From positions 5,947 to 69,946 of the forward strand of contig JARRLQ010000001.1 of the NCBI GenBank assembly GCA_037386905.1: a DNA stretch of 64,000 nt, written 5' to 3'. Position 1 is the stretch's first letter. Every line of letters begins with the position of its first letter. Positions 42,808 through 49,013 of the stretch are shown piece by piece. Made by a program: the position numbers and the translations under genes. The notes beneath the pieces are model-generated. The model had not been told where the DNA came from. It saw only the letters and a program-made list of their open reading frames with translations, and did no database searches. This DNA comes from Woeseiaceae bacterium (lineage in GTDB: Bacteria; Pseudomonadota; Gammaproteobacteria; Steroidobacterales; Woeseiaceae).

Positions 42808-43827
42808 TTACTGGTTTTCGGGTTTGAGCTGGCGCGTCATCAGGGATTGCAAGGCTTCCTGGGGCGACGTGCCTTCGTAAAGAATTTTGTAGACCTGCTC
42901 GCAGATCGGCATCTCGATGCCGAGTTCGTCGGCAACTTCCTTGACCGCCTCGGCCGCGAGCACGCCTTCGACGACCTGCTGGATCTCCTGCTGCGCCTCT
43001 TCGACAGTCTTGCCGCTGGCGAGAGCGAGACCCATGCGGCGGTTGCGGGACAGGTTGTCGGTACAGGTAAGGACCAGGTCGCCCATGCAGGCGAGGCCCA
43101 TGAATGTCTCCCGCTTCGCGCCGAGTGCGGTGCCGAGCCGCATCAGCTCCACGAGACCGCGCGTGATCAGTGCGACGCGCGTATTGGCGCCGAACCCGAG
43201 GCCGTCCGTCATGCCGGCAGCGATAGCGAGAACGTTCTTGACGGCACCGCCAACCTCTACGCCAATCATGTCGTCGGAGGTATAGGCGCGGAAGTTGTTG
43301 CTCGATAATGCCTTTGCCAGGTCGGCCGCAAATTGCTCGTCATTGGCAGCAATCGTCATGGCGGTGGGCAGGCCTTCGGCAACCTCCTTGGCAAAGGTAG
43401 GGCCGGACAGGACGGCCATTGAAAGGCCGTTGCCAAGCACTTCTTCGGCGACGGTGTGTGGCAACTTGCCGGAGTGCAGCTCGAAGCCCTTGGTCGCCCA
43501 GCATACGCGCGAGTCTTCGCGCAGCAACGGCTTGATTTTTGTTAACGTCTCGCGCAGCCCGTGGCTGGGTACGACGACGAGCACGTCGCGAACGCCGTCA
43601 AGGCATGCCTCGAGATCGGGGTTGGCCGTCAGCGTCGGAGGAAAGCTGACGCCAGGAAGGTAGCGCTTGTTTTCACGGCTTTTTGCCATGTCCTCGAGCA
43701 GGTCCAGCTCGAGTATGCCACCCAACCTGACGTCAGCGCCGCAACGGGCAAGCTGCATTGCCAGCGCGGTTCCCCAGGAACCTGCGCCGATAACGGCAAC
43801 TTGCTTGCTGGGCGCTTCGCTTATCAG
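42808..43827 (-). CDS. gpsA: NAD(P)H-dependent glycerol-3-phosphate dehydrogenase
   Basis: The conserved body is in ORF 42808-43758, but the Rossmann motif VAVIGAGSWGTALA is encoded in-frame upstream of that ATG. No ATG, GTG or TTG lies between the upstream in-frame stop and 43758. Start proposed at CTG 43827 (GGAG Shine-Dalgarno 5 nt upstream, CTGA overlap with the secB stop), giving 339 aa. Confidence 0.85.
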   Translation of the reverse strand: MISEAPSKQVAVIGAGSWGTALAMQLARCGADVRLGGILELDLLEDMAKSRENKRYLPGVSFPPTLTANPDLEACLDGVRDVLVVVPSHGLRETLTKIKPLLREDSRVCWATKGFELHSGKLPHTVAEEVLGNGLSMAVLSGPTFAKEVAEGLPTAMTIAANDEQFAADLAKALSSNNFRAYTSDDMIGVEVGGAVKNVLAIAAGMTDGLGFGANTRVALITRGLVELMRLGTALGAKRETFMGLACMGDLVLTCTDNLSRNRRMGLALASGKTVEEAQQEIQQVVEGVLAAEAVKEVADELGIEMPICEQVYKILYEGTSPQEALQSLMTRQLKPENQ

Positions 43828-44306
43828 TGCTTCTCCGCTTCCTCGGACTGCTGCTGCGCCGCTTGTTGCTGAGACTGCATGTACAGCGCGTCAAAGTTGA
43901 TCGGCTGAAGAATGAACTCGGGGAACCCACCTTTGCTTACGCAATCAGCGATGGCTTCGCGGGCATATGGGAACAGGACATTCGGACAGAAGCTGCCGAC
44001 GATTGCCTTGAATTCTTCTTCCTCGTAGCCCGCAATATGGAACAGGCCGGCCTGCTGGATTTCCACCAGGAACAACGTCGAGTCACCATCTTTGGCATCT
44101 ACCGTGATTGTAAGAACGACCTCGTGCAGCGCCTCTTCACCTTCGATGGCCTTGTGGGTGCTGCGAAGGTTCAGGTCAGTCTGCGGATTCCAGTCGGTGA
44201 CGCGAAATACTTCCGGCGCCTTGGGCGACTCGAATGAGAAATCCTTGACGTAAATCTTGCTAATGGAAATGCTCTTGGCATCTTCATTCTGTTTTTCTTC
44301 AGTCAT
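43824..44306 (-). CDS. secB: protein-export chaperone SecB
   Basis: 160 aa. ISKIYVKDFSFESPKAPEVF, FCPNVLFPYAREAI, and an acidic C-terminal tail. The secB-gpsA order is canonical. Confidence 0.95.
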   Translation of the reverse strand: MTEEKQNEDAKSISISKIYVKDFSFESPKAPEVFRVTDWNPQTDLNLRSTHKAIEGEEALHEVVLTITVDAKDGDSTLFLVEIQQAGLFHIAGYEEEEFKAIVGSFCPNVLFPYAREAIADCVSKGGFPEFILQPINFDALYMQSQQQAAQQQSEEAEKH

Positions 44307-44322
44307 GCTTATTTCCTGGTGA

Positions 44323-44766
44323 TTACTTTTTGCCTTTGCTCTTGGTCTTCTTGCCGGTTACGACCGGAAGACCCGCCTGGCTCCAGCCGCTCATGCCGCC
44401 CTTCAGCCCATACGCGCTTTCAAAGCCCGCCTGCCGCAGCATGGATACAGCCTTGGTAGATGTCATGCCGGAGTCGCACACCGCGATAACCGGCTTCGAG
44501 GTGTTCAACGTGTCCTTTCTCGCGGCGAACTCGTCAAACGGGATATTCTTGGAATTAACAATGTGGCCGCGAGCATACGCCTCGGCATTACGCAGGTCGA
44601 CCACGATGGCGTCGTTGTTGATCAGCGACACAGCCTCGCTTGCTGGGATATTAACCATCCCACTCGCTTTGCGTCGCAGCTCGCTGAAAATCAGCACGAA
44701 AAAGCTGATCATCAGGGCTACCACCAGCAATGTGTGATTGCCGATAAATTCGGGAATTCTTTCCAT
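44323..44766 (-). CDS. membrane-anchored rhodanese-domain protein (YibN-like)
   Basis: MERIPEFIGNHTLLVVALMISFFVLIF anchor, and a rhodanese domain with the active-site loop VCDSGMTS. Start at ATG 44766 inside the longer ORF. It sits upstream of secB as yibN does in enterics. Confidence 0.8.
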   Translation of the reverse strand: MERIPEFIGNHTLLVVALMISFFVLIFSELRRKASGMVNIPASEAVSLINNDAIVVDLRNAEAYARGHIVNSKNIPFDEFAARKDTLNTSKPVIAVCDSGMTSTKAVSMLRQAGFESAYGLKGGMSGWSQAGLPVVTGKKTKSKGKK

Positions 44767-44835
44767 GGTATTCAGGGGCGGGAAACGCGTCGCCCCGCTT
44801 GTGGCAAAGGGCGCATTATACCAAACTGCCGAATC

Positions 44836-45996
44836 ATGAGAGCCCTGGGCCCCTTCTTGTTCCTTGTTTTTCTGGCAACCAATGTCGGCCTGGCCCAGGA
44901 AACTGGGGGCGAGCTTGCCAAAATCAAGGAGCAGGAGCTGGAAGAGGTCCGCGAGCGCATCTCCGACCTCAAGAAAAGCATGGACAGAAGTGCCGCAGAT
45001 CGCGACCGGGTAACCGGCGAACTGCAGGAGGCCGAAGTCGAGATCTCCGAGAAGCGTATCCGCCTCAAGGAGCTGGAGCGTGAGCGCGACTACAGCACGC
45101 GTCGTCGGGCGGAGCTGGACCGGCAACTCGGCGAGCGCGAGGCTGAGCTCGATGATGAGTCCCGTGAGCTGGCCGAGCAGGTTCGCGCCGCATACATGAG
45201 CGGTAGCCAGGAACGCATCAAGCTGCTTCTCAACCAGCGCGACCCGGCGACGCTGGGGCGATTGATGGCCTACTACGGGTACCTCAACGAATATCGTGGC
45301 GCCAACATCGAGGCGGTGACGGAGGCTATCCGCGAACTGGCTGCGCTACGCAGTGAGGTTGCTGCCGAGGAGGCGCGGCTCGCCGACCTCGCCAGGGCCC
45401 GCTACGAGGAACTCACCAGGCTCAGCGTAGCGCAGGACAAGCGCCAGTCACTGCTTGATGACCTGCGGCGCAAGCTTGCCGACGAAGGCCAGGAGGTCGA
45501 TCGGCTCGCAGCGCAGGAAAAAGACCTGTCGCGGCTGATCGCTGAACTGACGAGCATCCTGTCCGACTACCCGATCAGCTCCGAGGACCCGTTCAGCGAA
45601 CACAAAGGCCGGCTGACCTGGCCGGTTGCAGGCACTCTGCTGCACGACTTCGGCCAGCCGCGGGTGAGTGAGCGCCTGAAATGGAACGGCGTCGTCCTCG
45701 GCGCGCCGCGAGGTCGGGAGGTGCGCTCCGTGTACCACGGTCGCGTGGTGTTTGCCGATTGGCTCGCCGGCATGGGGTTGCTCGTCATCGTCGATCATGG
45801 CGAGGGCTATATGACGCTGTATGGCTACAACGAGACCATTCTCAAGAATGCCGGCGACTGGGTCGCACCGGGCGACGTGATTGCAACGGTCGGCGACAGC
45901 GGCGGTCAAACACAGTCGAGCCTTTACTTCGAGCTGCGTCGCGGCACCGAGCCCCTGAATCCGCGCCACTGGGTGACGCGCCGGCCGGGCCAGTAA
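44836..45996 (+). CDS. envC: murein hydrolase activator EnvC-like (coiled coil plus M23/LytM domain)
   Basis: Signal peptide MRALGPFLFLVFLATNVGLA, a long coiled coil, and a C-terminal LytM domain (VIVDHGEGYMTLYGYN, LYFELRRGTEPLNP). Start at ATG 44836 inside the longer ORF. Confidence 0.8.
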   Translation: MRALGPFLFLVFLATNVGLAQETGGELAKIKEQELEEVRERISDLKKSMDRSAADRDRVTGELQEAEVEISEKRIRLKELERERDYSTRRRAELDRQLGEREAELDDESRELAEQVRAAYMSGSQERIKLLLNQRDPATLGRLMAYYGYLNEYRGANIEAVTEAIRELAALRSEVAAEEARLADLARARYEELTRLSVAQDKRQSLLDDLRRKLADEGQEVDRLAAQEKDLSRLIAELTSILSDYPISSEDPFSEHKGRLTWPVAGTLLHDFGQPRVSERLKWNGVVLGAPRGREVRSVYHGRVVFADWLAGMGLLVIVDHGEGYMTLYGYNETILKNAGDWVAPGDVIATVGDSGGQTQSSLYFELRRGTEPLNPRHWVTRRPGQ

Positions 45997-46092
45997 AACG
46001 TGACGACGGCGTATAGGAGCAGCCCTGTCGCTGTGCTATCGTCAGAAAACCTGTCCGTTCGGGAAACGTAAGCAGGGAAGCAGGAGAACTGT

Positions 46093-47313
46093 ATGTTGTT
46101 GAAAACCAGAGTTATTCTGGTTATTGCCGTCGGCACAGTCCTGGGGCTGAGCCTGTCGTTCAGCGGTGGCCTCATGGCCGCGCGGCACCCTGTCGGCGAC
46201 CAGGAACGGGCAATGGAGCAGGCCCGCCTGTTTGCCGAGGTCATGCAGCGCGTCAAGCGCGAATACGTCGAACCCATCGATGACAGCGAACTGCTCGACG
46301 CAGCCATTCGCGGCATGGTCCAGGACCTCGACCCGCATTCGGAATTCCTCGACGCTGATGAGTACCGTGACATCCGCATCAGCACCACAGGCAGTTACAG
46401 CGGCATCGGCATCGAAGTTAACGAAAAAGATGGCGTTATGACCGTCATCACGCCAATGGCCGGTTCGCCGGCGGCGCGTTCGGGCATTCGCAGTGGCGAC
46501 AAGATCATTGCCGTTGATGGCCAGGTCATCAACCCGAAGAATCTGCGCGATGCGATGAACAGCATGCGCGGCCGCGCCGGCACCAAAGTCAGCGTTACGG
46601 TCGACCGTGACGGTGAGTCGATCGTCCACGAGATGCGCCGTGAAGTCATTCGTGTCGCGAGCGTACACCACGAGCTGCTGAAGCCGTCGTATGGCTATGT
46701 GCGCGTAAATCAGTTCAGTGAAACCACGGCGCGCGAACTGAGCCGCGCTATCGACGACATGCAGGATGAGAACGACGGCATGCTGAACGGCCTGGTGCTG
46801 GATTTGCGCAACAATCCGGGTGGCGTGCTCGATGCGGCAGTGGACGTTACCGACCTGTTTCTCGATGCCGGTGTGATCGTTACCGCCGAGGGTCGCACGG
46901 CTGACTCCCGTTTTCGTCGTTCTGCGCATCGTGGTGATGTCCTCGATGGCGCGGAAATGATCGTGCTCGTCAACCAGGGCTCGGCGTCCGCGTCAGAGAT
47001 CGTTGCCGGCGCGCTGCAGGATCACGGTCGCGCGACGGTCGTCGGAACCGAAACGTTCGGCAAGGGGCTGGTGCAGACCGTTATGCCGTTGTCACAGGGT
47101 CGGGCAATCAAGCTCACCACTTCGCGTTACTTCACGCCGTCGGGCGACTCGATCCACGAAACGGGCATTACCCCGGATCTGTATGTCGAAGACACTCCTG
47201 GATTTCCGGACCTGAGCCTGACAGGCCTCGTCGACCGGGAGCTCGATGGACAGCTCGTCGCCGCGGTTGAGCGCCTGCAACATCAACAGGTGATGCACAG
47301 CAAGGCGCCATGA
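46093..47313 (+). CDS. ctpA: S41 carboxy-terminal processing protease (CtpA/Prc family)
   Basis: PDZ region GIGIEVNEKDGVMTVITPMAGSPAARSGIRSGDKIIAVDG, catalytic Ser block NQGSASASEIVAGALQD, and Lys block TFGKGLVQ. Confidence 0.9.
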   Translation: MLLKTRVILVIAVGTVLGLSLSFSGGLMAARHPVGDQERAMEQARLFAEVMQRVKREYVEPIDDSELLDAAIRGMVQDLDPHSEFLDADEYRDIRISTTGSYSGIGIEVNEKDGVMTVITPMAGSPAARSGIRSGDKIIAVDGQVINPKNLRDAMNSMRGRAGTKVSVTVDRDGESIVHEMRREVIRVASVHHELLKPSYGYVRVNQFSETTARELSRAIDDMQDENDGMLNGLVLDLRNNPGGVLDAAVDVTDLFLDAGVIVTAEGRTADSRFRRSAHRGDVLDGAEMIVLVNQGSASASEIVAGALQDHGRATVVGTETFGKGLVQTVMPLSQGRAIKLTTSRYFTPSGDSIHETGITPDLYVEDTPGFPDLSLTGLVDRELDGQLVAAVERLQHQQVMHSKAP

Positions 47314-48059
47314 GCCGCCGCTGGTTTCTGCTGGCCGCACTACTGGTGCTGTCAGTTTCGCAAAGCAACGCCAACCCCCGACCACGAATCGCGATCATCA
47401 TTGATGATCTCGGTTACCAGCTCGAGGCCGGTCGCCGGGCAATCATGCTGCCTGGCCCGGTGGCGTTCGCCATCTTGCCGAGTACGCCACACAGCAAAAG
47501 GCTGGCGCAGTTTGCCAACGACCGCGGCAAGGACGTGTTACTGCACCTGCCGCTGGAGGCGGCTAATTATCGCGGTCCCGCGGAGCCCGGGGGGATAACA
47601 CTCGACATGACCCGGCCCGCGTTCAAGGAGACTTTTGCAGAGGCCATCGAAACGGTGCCGTTCGCGGTCGGTGTGAGCAGCCATCGCGGCAGCTTGCTGA
47701 CGCGGCACCCGGGGCACATGGCCTGGTTGATGCAGGAGATTGGCGAGCGCGATAACCTGTTCTTCATCGACAGCTACACGACACACGAGAGCATAGCGCT
47801 CTCGGCAGCAGCCGAGGCCGGCATAGCGGCGGCGCGCCGCGATGTCTTCCTGGACCACGAGCGAACGGTCGAGGCGATAGTGCGGGAGCTCGAACGACTC
47901 AAGAAGCTCGCACGGCGAAACGGTCAGGCTGTCGCGATCGGGCACCCGTTTCCAGAGACGCTGGAAGTGCTCGAGCGCGAGCTGCCGGTGCTCAAAGACG
48001 AGGGGTTCGAATTGATAACAATCAGCGAGTTATTGCTGCCAGAAAGGAACCGTATCTAG
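47310..48059 (+). CDS. divergent polysaccharide deacetylase family protein (YibQ-like)
   Basis: Signal peptide, then RIAIIIDDLGYQ and LPSTPHS motifs typical of YibQ. ATGA overlap with ctpA. Confidence 0.8.
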   Translation: MSRRWFLLAALLVLSVSQSNANPRPRIAIIIDDLGYQLEAGRRAIMLPGPVAFAILPSTPHSKRLAQFANDRGKDVLLHLPLEAANYRGPAEPGGITLDMTRPAFKETFAEAIETVPFAVGVSSHRGSLLTRHPGHMAWLMQEIGERDNLFFIDSYTTHESIALSAAAEAGIAAARRDVFLDHERTVEAIVRELERLKKLARRNGQAVAIGHPFPETLEVLERELPVLKDEGFELITISELLLPERNRI

Positions 48060-48103
48060 TTCAAGTGTTCTAAAATAGCTGCTGTCAGCAAAAGCACCAG
48101 ACT

Positions 48104-48931
48104 ATGAATAACGTTTTCGTCGCACTTTCGTTCGCCATCCTCGTATCTTTTCTGATTGCTTCTTCGCCCGCCTGGTCGCAGGAGGAAGAAGCTGAAAAAG
48201 ACGCGGTGGCGTGCACCATGCAGTACGACCCTGTATGTGGCGTCGACGGACAGACGTATTCCAACGATTGTGTCGCCCGCGTGGCTGGCGTGGATGTTGC
48301 AACGCGTGGGCGCTGTCCGGCGCCGGCGGAAGAAGAGAACGCCTGTGGCGAAGAGTACGACCCGGTTTGTGGCATCAATGGCACCACTTATATCAACGAA
48401 TGCTTCGCCAGGTTGTCAGGCGTGCAGGTGGCCGGCCTCGGTGAGTGCACGCCGAGTGGATGCCCGAGCATCGAAGACCCGGTGTGCGGTATGAATGGCC
48501 GTACGTACATCAACCGCTGCGAGGCTGACGCGAACAGAGTCCCGGTGCAGCGCATGGGCCTGTGCGACATCGAAAACTGCCCGAAGGTTTTTGCACCGGT
48601 TTGCGCTGATGACACGACTTATGACAACGCATGTATGGCCGAGAAGGCCGGCAAGCTCGTCTACACGGAGGGCATCTGCAATGTGCGGCCGTGCCCGTCG
48701 ATTTTCGTACCGGTGTGCGGCTCGGATGGCGTGACTTACAGCAATGCCTGCCAGGCGGAGCGGCGGGGCGTGCGTATCGACTATGCAGGTATTTGTGAGG
48801 GCCAGGGCGAGAACTGCCCGCGCGTTTATGCGCCGGTGTGTGGCATCGACGGCGTTACCTACGAGAACGAGTGCCAGATCAACAATGCAGCCGTCACCAA
48901 GGCCTATGCCGGAGCCTGCATCGGCGACTAA
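48104..48931 (+). CDS. secreted protein with six tandem Kazal-like serine-protease-inhibitor modules
   Basis: Signal peptide MNNVFVALSFAILVSFLIASSPAWS, then six repeats of C-x7-C-G-x-[DN]-G-x-T-Y-x-N-x-C-x14/15-C (e.g. CTMQYDPVCGVDGQTYSNDC, CPRVYAPVCGIDGVTYENEC). The pattern and spacing match Kazal Cys2-Cys3-Tyr-Cys4-Cys6. Confidence 0.8.
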   Translation: MNNVFVALSFAILVSFLIASSPAWSQEEEAEKDAVACTMQYDPVCGVDGQTYSNDCVARVAGVDVATRGRCPAPAEEENACGEEYDPVCGINGTTYINECFARLSGVQVAGLGECTPSGCPSIEDPVCGMNGRTYINRCEADANRVPVQRMGLCDIENCPKVFAPVCADDTTYDNACMAEKAGKLVYTEGICNVRPCPSIFVPVCGSDGVTYSNACQAERRGVRIDYAGICEGQGENCPRVYAPVCGIDGVTYENECQINNAAVTKAYAGACIGD

Positions 48932-49013
48932 TTTGGGGACAGTCGCTTAATATTTATTCGGCTGCGAACGTCGCCGAACACGCCTGAAGAAATATTAAGC
49001 GACTGTCCCCAAA
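48932..49013. repeat. 82-bp palindromic element, family A (24-bp perfect inverted arms TTTGGGGACAGTCGCTTAATATTT, 34-nt centre)
   Basis: The left arm 48932-48955 is the exact reverse complement of the right arm 48990-49013. The element fills the whole spacer between two convergent stop codons. A second copy lies at 62971-63048. Confidence 0.9.

Noticed and set aside
44563-45126. Mutually overlapping long ORFs 44323-45126 (-) and 44563-45996 (+)
   Set aside because: Both are upstream extensions. Internal starts at 44766 (rhodanese, TM anchor) and 44836 (EnvC-like, signal peptide) give normal divergent genes with a 69-nt promoter spacer.
48932-49013. CRISPR-like appearance (conserved repeats of about 22-24 bp around a 34-nt variable segment)
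   Set aside because: The repeats are inverted, not direct. There is a single unit per locus. The 34-nt centres are homologous to each other when one is reverse-complemented. No cas genes are present.
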